A stretch of 64,000 nt of DNA. It comes from a virus (taxonomy: Duplodnaviria > Caudoviricetes). This document shows, one piece after another, positions 53,981 to 62,915 of this stretch (position 1 is its first letter; every line of letters begins with the position of its first letter). The stretch lies in IMG/VR virus record IMGVR_UViG_3300049744_000068, positions 4,975 to 68,974 of that record. One strand, 5' to 3'. The notes beneath the pieces are model-generated. The model was not told the DNA's origin. It ran no database searches and saw only the letters and a list, made by a program, of their open reading frames with translations. The translations under genes were made by a program, and so were the position numbers.

Positions 53981-54766
53981 TCATCCCACCGCATTCCCTT
54001 TCCGGTCGTAGTGAATCGTTCGCTTGGTCGCGTTGTCGTAGACGCGGGTTGTGGGCTCGACGGCGCGTTGCAGCTCAGGCGACAGCACAGTGCCACCGTC
54101 GAGATCGTCAACCAGCTCCAGCTGCCGGAGCTTCGCAAGTGCAGACGCGAACCCACCAGACCCAGCAGACAACCCGGCGCGCTTCGCTATCTCGACGCGA
54201 TCAATGGGTCCAACTTGTGCCCGGTGTGCTTCTCTCAGGCCGCGCAGAATCTTGGCCGCACTCGTCTTGACCTTGGCGCACCAACTCTCGAACAGCTCGG
54301 ACCCTTCGGGCAATGGAGGCACATAGCCAAGCGCTTCCCTGCCGGCGCTGGTCAGCTCGTTGGAATCGCCGGCACTGGTCATGAAGCCAGCGGCACGACA
54401 GGACGCCATGCCAGAAGCGAACCCGCCACTCTTGCCGGACAGCCCAGATAGGATCGCGATTTGCTTTCGGGTCAGTGGGCGATTGTACTGGGCTAGCGGA
54501 GTCAGGATGCGCCGCTCAGTCTTGGTCAATTCGTCGTTCGCGTGGCCCTTCCCATTCAACGGAACAGGCTCCCTGGACTCGACCGGCTCCAACAGTGTCG
54601 ACCGCCTACGCGGCGGCTTGCTCGGTGGCGGGACACTTGGATCACGCGCCGCCAACTCCTGCGCGTCGACTTCCAGCAGGATGCTCTGCGCATGCAGGTA
54701 CGCCTTGCCGATGGTTCCGAAGACGGCGGCTAGGGCTTTGCGGGATTGGGCCGGTGTGCGGCTCAC
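53981..54766 (-). CDS. Tandem winged-helix protein
   Basis: Duplicated GLS(G/A)(K/G)SGGFAS motif. Confidence 0.6.
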   Translation of the reverse strand: MSRTPAQSRKALAAVFGTIGKAYLHAQSILLEVDAQELAARDPSVPPPSKPPRRRSTLLEPVESREPVPLNGKGHANDELTKTERRILTPLAQYNRPLTRKQIAILSGLSGKSGGFASGMASCRAAGFMTSAGDSNELTSAGREALGYVPPLPEGSELFESWCAKVKTSAAKILRGLREAHRAQVGPIDRVEIAKRAGLSAGSGGFASALAKLRQLELVDDLDGGTVLSPELQRAVEPTTRVYDNATKRTIHYDRKGNAVG

Positions 54767-54966
54767 AGGTTCACCCTGAACGTCCACCGCTTACGCCACG
54801 ACCAGTCAGGCTTGCGCTTCTGGCGGTGCTGCTGGTGGCAACCACAGCTCGAGTGGTGGACGTGCTGCGCGGGCTGTGGCTTCGCCGGGAGCAGCGTCGG
54901 GCACGGCGTCGGCTGGTAGACCCAGCCGAGCGATGCCACGAAAACGAGGACGTAGCAGGTCGGCAT
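54763..54966 (-). CDS. Small Cys/His-rich protein, possibly exported
   Basis: Hydrophobic N-terminus; GGAGG SD. Confidence 0.4.
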   Translation of the reverse strand: MPTCYVLVFVASLGWVYQPTPCPTLLPAKPQPAQHVHHSSCGCHQQHRQKRKPDWSWRKRWTFRVNL

Positions 54967-54967
54967 G

Positions 54968-56251
54968 CTACTCGGCCGCCTTTGGTTCCTCGCGCACGTG
55001 CCCGTCTTCGATCACGATGGCGGTCGGGTCGGTGGTGCGGGCGTCCTCGACCCACACTTGGCAGTCGTTCTCATCAGCCATCTTGGCGATGAGCGCGAGG
55101 CCGTCCTCGTCGAGCAGTGAGCCGTCGCGCACGAACAACACCCGCAGCTTCGGGTTCATGGCAATCCCGATCGCGAGGCTGACGCGTAGCTGTTCGGCAC
55201 GACTGGCCTGGCTGAACGGTAGTCCGTTGAATGTGACACCGTTGTCGTCGAGGCCGAGGCCTTCGACTGGGAACTTCACCGAAGTGAGCGTCGCTTGCTT
55301 CTGCTTGTCGAGTTCGTCGATCTGGGCCGTCAGCGTGGCCCACTTGGCATCCGCGTCCGCAACCTTCTTGCCGAGATCCGCGCGTGTCGCGTTGGCGCGC
55401 ACCTTGGAGTTAACCTCTTCCGCTTCGCCGATCTGATTCTCGATGTCAGTGGTATCGATTGCATCAATGCCAGCGAGCTGCTCTCGTACGCCTTGAACGA
55501 TCGCCTGCTCGCGTTGCATCGCTTCCTCGTGAGCAGCGATCTCGGCCTGGATCTCCGCCAGCTTGGCTTTCAGGTCCGCGAGGTTCTCCAGGTCCTTTTC
55601 GTGGTCCGTCTCGCCCTCGGCAATCCGTTCGACCATCGCCTGGCGCTTCTCGTTGTGGGTCTGCGCTTCCTTGAGACTCGCCATCAACTCCTTGACGCTG
55701 ACCTCCACGGCGGGTGCGTCGTCGTGCTTGGGCGCGGCCTCGTACTGCGTCCGCAGCGACTTCTGCTCGCGTCCGTGGTGGGTGCGTTCCTCGTACACGG
55801 CCGCCCGCTTCTGATTGATCAGCGTGAAGTCCAGGTTAGTGAGTTTGCGCAGCGTCTCGCCCTGCTTGCCTGGATCCTCGCTGACGAACTGCAGCGGGTC
55901 GAAGCTGATCGTGTTGAACAGCTGGTTCAGCACCGTCTGTGGGTTGCCCGCACGAAAGCCGTCCTCCTTGTTCTTGACGACGAGCTTGTCGGTGGTCGCC
56001 GTGATGACGCGTTCCACCACGGTGTCTCCCAGGTCGAGCACGATCGAGGCCTCGTCGCTGCCGTTGCGAATAGGTTTCGACGGTGTGACCTTCTTGCCAC
56101 CCAGGGCCATTTGGATGGCATTGAGCACCGACGACTTGCCGGCGCCGTTCTTGCCACCCAGGGTGATGACGTTGCCTTGTGGCGTGATCTCCACTGCGCT
56201 CAGGCGCAGCACGTTCTTGGCGTTGAACTTGACGATTCGCTTGCTGGTCAT
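54968..56251 (-). CDS. SMC/Rad50-like AAA ATPase
   Basis: GKNGAGKSS Walker A, long coiled coil, SRAEQ signature, LFVRDGSLLD Walker B. Confidence 0.9.
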   Translation of the reverse strand: MTSKRIVKFNAKNVLRLSAVEITPQGNVITLGGKNGAGKSSVLNAIQMALGGKKVTPSKPIRNGSDEASIVLDLGDTVVERVITATTDKLVVKNKEDGFRAGNPQTVLNQLFNTISFDPLQFVSEDPGKQGETLRKLTNLDFTLINQKRAAVYEERTHHGREQKSLRTQYEAAPKHDDAPAVEVSVKELMASLKEAQTHNEKRQAMVERIAEGETDHEKDLENLADLKAKLAEIQAEIAAHEEAMQREQAIVQGVREQLAGIDAIDTTDIENQIGEAEEVNSKVRANATRADLGKKVADADAKWATLTAQIDELDKQKQATLTSVKFPVEGLGLDDNGVTFNGLPFSQASRAEQLRVSLAIGIAMNPKLRVLFVRDGSLLDEDGLALIAKMADENDCQVWVEDARTTDPTAIVIEDGHVREEPKAAE

Positions 56252-56282
56252 GGTGGTCTCCTGTGATGGCGCGAAGTAAGGA

Positions 56283-56348
56283 CCCCACGCACGCGGTTGG
56301 CTTCTTCGGAAAGGGGGGACACCGAAGGAAAGACCCACGTGCGTGGGG
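56283..56348. other. Long intergenic hairpin
   Basis: CCCCACGCACG / CGTGCGTGGGG with inner CTTCGG/CCGAAG stem. Confidence 0.7.
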
Positions 56349-56357
56349 AAATCTGAT

Positions 56358-57338
56358 TCAGTCCTCGCCTGGCTCGCGCGTCGCCGGTTGCGACTGCTGT
56401 GAGTCTGAGGACTGAGCTGCCTGTGGTGGCTTCACGTCGTCCGAGACGTTGCCCCGCAGTTTCACCTTTTGGCCGTCTTGGGCGGGCGCGGTCGGTGCTG
56501 GAGGTGGCTCACCCTCCGGCTCGATACTCGCTTCAGAGGTGTCAATGTTGTTGGTTTCGAGCAACCCGAGCACCTCTGGATCCACGGCGCCGAGTTGGTT
56601 CTTGTGGAGCTCCAAGCTCTGATCGACCGTTTCGGCACGTGACATTTCCGCGGACTTGGGGAGCCAGCGGAACAGCCGCCGGATGCCTGTTTTCAGGCAC
56701 ATTGCCTCGTAGTCTGTAACCCACGGACCATCGTTCTTGGCTCGACTGCGACCGCGATACGACTCGATCTCATCGCGCGTCAGTACCGTGAAGACTGGCT
56801 CGCCGTTGTCGAGCTTCGCCACGGCGTAGACGTGGGTCAGATTCTCCTTGCTGTGTACGACGCCAGCCTTGGGCTTGTGCTTGATGCTAGGATTGAGGCC
56901 GATCTCGTAAGAAAAATCGTCGCCATTGTAGACCGGAAAGGCGTAGATATTGCGCACCGATCCGGACCGACGCGCCAGATCCATGAAGCCTTGGTAGCCA
57001 ATGACCAACTGGCAATCGACGGTGTTCTGTCTGCGATTGTTGAACGGGATCAGATAGGCCTGGCCCAACGGGGTATTGACCTCCAACCCCAGCTGGCTGG
57101 CCTGAACCACGCAGCCCAAGAAGCTGGCTGGCGTGCATTCCCGCAACTTGGGGTTTGTGCGCAATGCGGTAATGGCGATGCGCATCATCCGGTCCGCAGG
57201 CACGTGTTTGGGTAGCGCCTCCATGATGGCCGGCTGAAGTGCAACGAGCATCTGCTCCAAGGTCTTGGGGGCATTCGTTGCTGGCTTCCCTGCTGGTTGA
57301 ATGGCGGTCGTTCCCGCCCGTGCTGCTGCTGATGTCAT
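56358..57338 (-). CDS. recT: RecT-family single-strand annealing protein
   Basis: CTPASFLGCVVQASQLGLE...LGQAYLIPF...IGYQG...KTGIRRLFRWLPKS. Confidence 0.95.
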   Translation of the reverse strand: MTSAAARAGTTAIQPAGKPATNAPKTLEQMLVALQPAIMEALPKHVPADRMMRIAITALRTNPKLRECTPASFLGCVVQASQLGLEVNTPLGQAYLIPFNNRRQNTVDCQLVIGYQGFMDLARRSGSVRNIYAFPVYNGDDFSYEIGLNPSIKHKPKAGVVHSKENLTHVYAVAKLDNGEPVFTVLTRDEIESYRGRSRAKNDGPWVTDYEAMCLKTGIRRLFRWLPKSAEMSRAETVDQSLELHKNQLGAVDPEVLGLLETNNIDTSEASIEPEGEPPPAPTAPAQDGQKVKLRGNVSDDVKPPQAAQSSDSQQSQPATREPGED

Positions 57339-58462
57339 GTTCCTGTTCTCCTTTGCTCGAGCTTCTGGATCTCTTTGGTCTGAATGGCCCCAGCTGCGTC
57401 GAGCTTGGCCTGCAGGTCGCGCTTGGCTGACGCCCCATTGCCGCGCCCTGCGCGCTTGGCGACGTGTGCCTCGAGGCGCGACACACTGATGTCGATGACC
57501 TCGGCGAAGTCCTTGTCGGTGAAGCCAGACTCCTCGAGGATCGGCCACGTCTTGACGACGTCGAGCTCTCGCTTGTTTTGGATCTCGATCGTCAAGCGCG
57601 TCTCGTTGCCGACGATGTCACCGTTACGCAGAACGTGTGACTTGATGGCTTGCGACACGCGCTCGGCGTACTTGCTAACCAGCTTGGCCTTCTGTAGCAG
57701 CGAGACGATCTCGTCTGGCTGCATGGTGGCGAGCTGACTCTCGGCCGCGGCCACCAGCTGTTGGTCCGTGAATGCCGCGACGTCCCGACGCACCAACGCA
57801 TTCGCGGCGGCACACTCGTGTGAGCGCTTGCAATGCGCGCAATTGGTCTCGCTTGGACGGTAGACGCCATCCCACTTCACCACCGTGTTGAGCACCATCT
57901 CGATCCACGCGACCGCGCCCTTGCGCTTCATGGTGTAGGTCTCGACGTGGGCGGTACGCACCCACACGGCTGTGACCGTCACCTCGGTCAATTCGGGGTG
58001 CTTGTGGAACAGCAGCATTCCGTAGGCCTTGAGCTGCTCGCTGTAGTCGCTGTCCTTGTGGCCAGTCTTCCAGTCGAGCGCGCGTGCCACATTGCCGGCG
58101 ATCAGCACCGCGTCGATGTGCCCCGAAAGCTCGACGCTCTCGGTGAGCCCGATGATGATCTCCACCTCAGTCGATGCCCCCTCGAAACTGGCCGCGATCT
58201 CGGGCCAAATCTTCGTGGCCATCGCGCAGAGCATGCGAACCTCGTTGGTGTCGGCACCGTGCTTCTTGGCCACGGTATCGACGGCGCCAAAGTCAATGAA
58301 GCCCCGGATCGGGAGGTCTTGCAGCAGCTCGTGTGCGGCCGTCCCGTTGGCGGCTGCCTCGCCTGACTCGTTGATTGGAACGAGCACGGGCTGAGTTGAG
58401 CACGGGGCCACAACGGCCAACGGCATCGAGCTCGCGCGTAGTCGGATCAGCTGAGCGGTCAC
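57335..58462 (-). CDS. PD-(D/E)XK exonuclease (RecE/RecB-like partner of RecT)
   Basis: GTAAH, GHIDAV, ALDWKTG, QLKAYG, CAHCKRSHEC. Confidence 0.85.
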   Translation of the reverse strand: MTAQLIRLRASSMPLAVVAPCSTQPVLVPINESGEAAANGTAAHELLQDLPIRGFIDFGAVDTVAKKHGADTNEVRMLCAMATKIWPEIAASFEGASTEVEIIIGLTESVELSGHIDAVLIAGNVARALDWKTGHKDSDYSEQLKAYGMLLFHKHPELTEVTVTAVWVRTAHVETYTMKRKGAVAWIEMVLNTVVKWDGVYRPSETNCAHCKRSHECAAANALVRRDVAAFTDQQLVAAAESQLATMQPDEIVSLLQKAKLVSKYAERVSQAIKSHVLRNGDIVGNETRLTIEIQNKRELDVVKTWPILEESGFTDKDFAEVIDISVSRLEAHVAKRAGRGNGASAKRDLQAKLDAAGAIQTKEIQKLEQRRTGT

Positions 58463-59031
58463 GGCGTTGCCTCCCTCGGCGGCTGCTTGGAAAGCCACAC
58501 CTGGGCGCCCAGCTTGTAGAAGAGCTGGCCCGCCGCGGTGGCGTCAGTGTGCGCGCTGTGGGCTTTGCCGATCAGCTCGATGCCATGGCGCTGAGCCGCA
58601 ACCGTGAGCTTGTGACGACCCTTGCCCGAGACGAATCGGTCGACCTTGCGGACCAACGAGAGCGAGTCGACCCAGGGCCACGTCCAATCGTCACCGAAAG
58701 GCGGGACGAAGTTGCGATCGAAGCTGGCGTTGTAGGCACCTGGCTGCGCACCCTCGAGCAGGCGCTTCGTACGCGGATCTGAAAACCATTCCTCGATGGT
58801 TGGGGCGTCCTTCACCATCTCGTCGGTGATGCCGTGAATCTCCGTCGCGCTCGGCGGGATTGGCATCCCGGGGTTGATCTCGCACGCGCCCGAATCGACG
58901 ACCTTGCCACCCTCGAAGCGCACGACGCCGATCTGGACGCACTTGTCGTACCCAGCCTTGATCCCGGTGGTCTCAGTGTCGATCCATGCCGTCGGAACCT
59001 CGAGCCACGAATGGTTGAAGAATCGAATCAT
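58459..59031 (-). CDS. DEDDh 3'-5' exonuclease (DnaQ-like)
   Basis: IDTETTG, AYNASFD, HSAHTDA. Confidence 0.9.
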   Translation of the reverse strand: MIRFFNHSWLEVPTAWIDTETTGIKAGYDKCVQIGVVRFEGGKVVDSGACEINPGMPIPPSATEIHGITDEMVKDAPTIEEWFSDPRTKRLLEGAQPGAYNASFDRNFVPPFGDDWTWPWVDSLSLVRKVDRFVSGKGRHKLTVAAQRHGIELIGKAHSAHTDATAAGQLFYKLGAQVWLSKQPPREATP

Positions 59032-59240
59032 TACTGCACCACCGCAATTCCCGCGACGCGCGCGATCGATAGAAGGCGTGCACACTCGTGCGCCTCGCAG
59101 GCGGCCAGCTTTGGATCTCCCATGATGGCGAGCCGCTGCTGCCAGCCAATCACAAGCGCTGCCAGTTCCTTGCGCAGGGCGTTCGTCGAGAACTCCCAGG
59201 TGCGTGCGCGTGCGGGAAAGCCGAAGAATCCCATGATCAT
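59031..59240 (-). CDS. Small hypothetical protein
   Basis: Coupled chain. Confidence 0.45.
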   Translation of the reverse strand: MIMGFFGFPARARTWEFSTNALRKELAALVIGWQQRLAIMGDPKLAACEAHECARLLSIARVAGIAVVQ

Positions 59241-59707
59241 GCTGCCTTCCTGCGCTTCAGCGCGGCGATGGACTGCTCAATCGATTTGCCGTGAAACTTC
59301 ATCATCGTGCTGACGGACGAAGCCGACACACCTTCTGCTTTGCAGACGTCCGCGAGCCACATTCGTTGACCTTGCCAGGTCACGAACTTGCTATTGCTTC
59401 TGTTCCTGATGCTCTCGCGTTCTAGAACCCAGCGAACGTTGCCGGGCTCATAGTTGCCGTCGTTGTCGATGCGATCCAGCAACCACCGTTCGTCTCCAGA
59501 CGGAGGTCGCGGCCCTAGATCCAGCAGAAAAACTGAGAAGTCTCGCCAACGCGGATGGACGGAGATTCCGCGCCCACCATAGCGCGAATAGCGCTTGTTC
59601 CGCGGGTTGGTGCACCGGGCAACCATGGCCTTCCAAATCGCGTGTTCCGCAGGGAACCTCACGGTCAGACCTTCCTGTGAGAACGGTTTTCCATGACGCC
59701 TCGTCAT
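59237..59707 (-). CDS. HNH-family endonuclease-like protein
   Basis: WKAMVARC...YGGRGI...LDRIDNDGNYEPGNVRW. Confidence 0.85.
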   Translation of the reverse strand: MTRRHGKPFSQEGLTVRFPAEHAIWKAMVARCTNPRNKRYSRYGGRGISVHPRWRDFSVFLLDLGPRPPSGDERWLLDRIDNDGNYEPGNVRWVLERESIRNRSNSKFVTWQGQRMWLADVCKAEGVSASSVSTMMKFHGKSIEQSIAALKRRKAA

Positions 59708-59931
59708 GCCGCGCCCCTCATTTCCTCAGCCGCCAGCACATCCCGCGCGTAGGCTGTCACTCGGCACGCAATCGCGACGGCCATCGTCGACTGGCATTCG
59801 CACTGCCGGTAAAGCAGCACCTCGACACCGTCGTCCTGAATCTCACCGCCAGACGGTGCCGGCAGGGCCTCGTATTCGGCGTGCGAGTATTGGCGGCCGC
59901 AGCTGCACTGCTTGAATGGGGAGTGATTCAC
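59704..59931 (-). CDS. Small Zn-ribbon-like protein
   Basis: CSCG...CECQST. Confidence 0.55.
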   Translation of the reverse strand: MNHSPFKQCSCGRQYSHAEYEALPAPSGGEIQDDGVEVLLYRQCECQSTMAVAIACRVTAYARDVLAAEEMRGAA

Positions 59932-60143
59932 TGCACACCCCCGTCCGCATCGACGCAGATCCCGATGGGGCTCTCGCCGCACGCCACGCACCGCATCGAG
60001 CAACAGTCGTCTGCTGCGCTACACGCGGAACCCAGCTCCGAGCAGACCAACGGGTGAAGCCTCTGCGGGATGTCGCTGCAAGCCCAACCGTCGAAGGACA
60101 AGAGCAAGACCGCCACCAACGAGACCAGGCACCGACGGATCAT
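59928..60143 (-). CDS. Exported Cys-rich peptide with knottin-like spacing
   Basis: Signal-like N-terminus; C-x6-C-x5-CC-x3-C-x2-C-x7-C. Confidence 0.6.
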   Translation of the reverse strand: MIRRCLVSLVAVLLLSFDGWACSDIPQRLHPLVCSELGSACSAADDCCSMRCVACGESPIGICVDADGGVQ

Positions 60144-60340
60144 ACGGGCACCGCCTCGGAGGGCGTCGGGGTCGGCTTCTTCATGGACTCGAGTGACGCG
60201 ACCAGCTTTTGCGCCATCGTCGCGGAGATCGATCCATCGGGATTCTGGACGGTCCTGATCAACATCAGGGTGCCGTCGATCGTCTTGTCGCGAGCGCTAT
60301 CGAGCGCCACGATGATAGCCTTTTCTAGCTGATCCATCAC
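60140..60340 (-). CDS. Small hypothetical protein
   Basis: GGAGG SD; coupled. Confidence 0.55.
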   Translation of the reverse strand: MMDQLEKAIIVALDSARDKTIDGTLMLIRTVQNPDGSISATMAQKLVASLESMKKPTPTPSEAVPV

Positions 60341-60876
60341 GCCACCTCCGCGACCGGCAGCACGGGTGCCGCGGGAACAATCGTAGGCCGGGTGTGAACA
60401 TCGAAACCCTCACACGGCGTCACGCACGAGAACTCGAGGTAACCCCACGAGCTCTGGCAGCATGCGTAGCTGCGCATGAATCCACTGCGGGCTCGCTCGC
60501 AGCCAACCACTGGGACACACGCGGTGCGCTCCGCAATCGCGATCCGAGCCAGCCTCACCTGTTCGGCCTGCTCTTCCGTCAGGCAGTCGTCGTCGATGGG
60601 CTCGCCACGGTCGAGGTTCGCGATCGCGACGTACCCGCCCTTGCGGAATTCACGAAGCGCCGCGTCCCAACCCGGAATCTCCATGCCCTGGGCGTCCGCG
60701 ATGTCGCAACCGAGCCGATAGACCAGGTAGGTGTCGTCGGCGCGCAGCTCGGTCTCGCTGGGCTCGTCGCCATCGAAGCCGTAGTCGTGATCCCAGGGCT
60801 GGGGGCGGCTGCGCTCAACTCGAGCTGCGTCGGCCGCGTCCTCTCGGTCGAAGTCCCGGTTGTCGTGGTCGAACAT
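60337..60876 (-). CDS. Acidic hypothetical protein
   Basis: TAATG coupling. Confidence 0.55.
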   Translation of the reverse strand: MFDHDNRDFDREDAADAARVERSRPQPWDHDYGFDGDEPSETELRADDTYLVYRLGCDIADAQGMEIPGWDAALREFRKGGYVAIANLDRGEPIDDDCLTEEQAEQVRLARIAIAERTACVPVVGCERARSGFMRSYACCQSSWGYLEFSCVTPCEGFDVHTRPTIVPAAPVLPVAEVA

Positions 60877-61154
60877 TAGACCGTCCCCCAGACCAACCAC
60901 ACGTTGTGTGCGCCGCGATACCCGCGCTCGTTACGCACAATCTCTTGTGCCGTGCGCGCCGTGTTGACCACTCGCGACTTCTTGGGCGTGCGGACCGTCG
61001 AGCAGAACTTGCGCAGTGTGGTGTACCAGCGATCCGCCGAGTCACCGCATGCAGCGGTGATCATGATTTGCGAGCCGTAACACTCGATACTGTTGGCCGG
61101 GATGCCAAGCTGGCAGAGCTTGGCGCGCATCCGGTCTTGAAGCGTGGGGGCCAT
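60876..61154 (-). CDS. Hypothetical protein
   Basis: GGAGG SD; TAATG coupling. Confidence 0.55.
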   Translation of the reverse strand: MAPTLQDRMRAKLCQLGIPANSIECYGSQIMITAACGDSADRWYTTLRKFCSTVRTPKKSRVVNTARTAQEIVRNERGYRGAHNVWLVWGTV

Positions 61155-61336
61155 TACTTGACCCTCCGAGCCGGCAACTGGATGACCGGGGCCAATGCCG
61201 GAGTTTCCGAGACGGCGACACCCGGAACGTCAATTACACGCGATCGACGAAGCTTCTTCGGCAGCGTCTTGGGGCGCACTACCAGGATGACCCGCGAGTC
61301 ATCTGGAACATCCACATACAGGGCGAGTTTTGCCAT
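61154..61336 (-). CDS. First gene of pL operon (60 aa)
   Basis: ATG 9 nt after the pL -10 box. Confidence 0.55.
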   Translation of the reverse strand: MAKLALYVDVPDDSRVILVVRPKTLPKKLRRSRVIDVPGVAVSETPALAPVIQLPARRVK

Positions 61337-61345
61337 ACCCTGCTG

Positions 61346-61374
61346 AGTATGTTTACTTTTGCAAAACTTTGCAA
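61346..61374 (-). promoter_or_regulatory. pL with overlapping operator OL
   Basis: TTGCAA-17-CATACT on minus strand; perfect palindrome TTGCAAA-AC-TTTGCAA at 61359-61374. Confidence 0.8.
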
Positions 61375-61428
61375 GGTCAAAATATCAAAATCGACAGACC
61401 CCTGCTCAAGTGCCCAGAAGAACGCCCT

Positions 61429-61827
61429 TTATTCGTGGTCGCCCACGGCCTTGAGCTTGACCGGCTTATTTACCCAGACCGGCTCGTCTCCGGGCCCACA
61501 CATCAGCCAAGTGGGGTCTACTCCAAGGGCGTCGGCCAGCTTGATCAGCGACGGGACCGCCATCCCTTTCCACTTGTCGTATCCCTTTTTTGCTTTCGCG
61601 TCCTTCGCGTCGCTAAGCCATTGGCTAAAGGATCCGCCGTTGATTCCGGCAAGTTTTGCAAGTCGCGTCTGTTCGCCGCGCTCCCTGATGCCGTACGCTT
61701 TTCGGAGCCGAATCGGAAACCGTTGCCAGCAGTCGGGCAACACGACATTGCGCCGCGCACCCTTGCTCGCCTTGGCTTTCGGGTCCTTCGTACTTCCCAC
61801 AACGTAAAAATGCGGTTGTTTGCTCAT
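61429..61827 (-). CDS. CI-like repressor (XRE HTH, no S24 domain)
   Basis: QTRLAKLAGINGGSFSQWL...LIKLADALGVDPTWL; divergent from cro. Confidence 0.85.
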   Translation of the reverse strand: MSKQPHFYVVGSTKDPKAKASKGARRNVVLPDCWQRFPIRLRKAYGIRERGEQTRLAKLAGINGGSFSQWLSDAKDAKAKKGYDKWKGMAVPSLIKLADALGVDPTWLMCGPGDEPVWVNKPVKLKAVGDHE

Positions 61828-61852
61828 GGAAACAAGCGGGCTAATTTTGTTG

Positions 61853-61881
61853 TTGCAAAACTTTGCTCTTGCAAACATACT
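61853..61881 (+). promoter_or_regulatory. pR with overlapping operator OR
   Basis: TTGCAA-17-CATACT; TTGCAAAACTTTGCTC at 61853-61868 matches OL at 14/16. Confidence 0.8.
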
Positions 61882-61889
61882 GTCAAGGC

Positions 61890-62177
61890 ATGGCTAGTAC
61901 CAACACGGTGCCGTACGACTCCCTTGGGCGCCATCTGTTCCTGAGGGAATTGGGCGATCTGAAGCGCGGTAACCAGAGCAGGACCGCAGAATCGTACGGG
62001 ATCAACGCGGGCACATTTTCTCAGCTGCTGCGCGGGCGCATTGAAGTGGGCCTCAATACCGCGGTGAAAATCGAGCAGAAAACCAACGGCCGCGTACCGG
62101 CTAGCAGCTGGAGAAAACCGGCGCCGAAGCCGCCGCGCAAATCCCCTAGCCGCCCACCCGTCAAGAAGGCCTCCTGA
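61890..62177 (+). CDS. Cro-like repressor
   Basis: QSRTAESYGINAGTFSQLL...AVKIEQKTNGRVPASSW. Confidence 0.85.
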   Translation: MASTNTVPYDSLGRHLFLRELGDLKRGNQSRTAESYGINAGTFSQLLRGRIEVGLNTAVKIEQKTNGRVPASSWRKPAPKPPRKSPSRPPVKKAS

Positions 62178-62564
62178 AACCATGGCCCACACTAGCTCCA
62201 TCCAACGCCCCTCCGGACTGAAAGCAATGTCAGCTTCGAGCCTGTAACCGCGCGATCTCGCATCACCAATCCCCGTTGACACTCGCCTGCCGGTCCCCCT
62301 CCGCCTGGCGGGACGCGTTTAATCTGAGACTGAGACATTCCGCAACACTGAGACGCACCTGCACTGAACGAGAACGCAACAATTAACCGGCACGCAGATC
62401 ACGGATTATCAGTATGCAGCACCAAAACAGCCAGTCCTGTCGTCGCCCTTGGGTGGCCGGAAACGCTGCGCGGGCGTCCATCGACGTGAACAGCACTTCG
62501 AGGTGCAGATTATGTTGATTGGGGGTGCGTTGTGACTGCAAGCGCGGCCGTTTCTGCAGGCGCG

Positions 62565-62915
62565 ATGGATATCTTGGAGCCGCAGCACGTGCTCAAGGAG
62601 ACGGGCTGCAGGACCATCCGCATGGCGTGCAAGATGATCCGGGAAGCGGGCGGCTGGAACCGCGGGTTTGGTTGGCGAATCACGAGGGAGAGGTTCAACA
62701 AATGGCTAATCGCACGGGAATCCCAGGGGCGTTCCAACTCAATGGCGTCTGGTACATCCGGACCGACCCTGTTACCAGGCGGAAGCTCTCGTCGCAGCTC
62801 CGCGACGCGAAGGCGTTCAAGCTCTGGCATGCCGGACGACAGCGAATTGCCGCAGATCCGCGAAGCCAAGCCGCCGCGTCCACGACGTGCGAGTACTGGG
62901 GCCGCCGTCTCCTAA
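62565..62915 (+). CDS. Excisionase-like protein overlapping int
   Basis: Short HTH/wing-like N-half ending WRITRERFNKWL; overlaps int 5' end in another frame. Confidence 0.6.
   Translation: MDILEPQHVLKETGCRTIRMACKMIREAGGWNRGFGWRITRERFNKWLIARESQGRSNSMASGTSGPTLLPGGSSRRSSATRRRSSSGMPDDSELPQIREAKPPRPRRASTGAAVS

Noticed and set aside
55295-56266. 323-aa plus-strand ORF
   Set aside because: Shadow of the SMC-like ATPase
57335-58462. Cas4 / CRISPR adaptation gene
   Set aside because: PD-(D/E)XK nuclease is coupled to recT, the usual phage recombination context; no array or cas1
61881-61886. Perfect TTGACA on minus strand as pRM -35
   Set aside because: The -10 at 16-18 bp spacing is poor (AAGTTT); cannot be supported without TSS data
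62519-62701. 61-aa N-terminal extension of integrase in the ORF track
   Set aside because: Overlaps the xis-like gene; a good SD precedes ATG 62702
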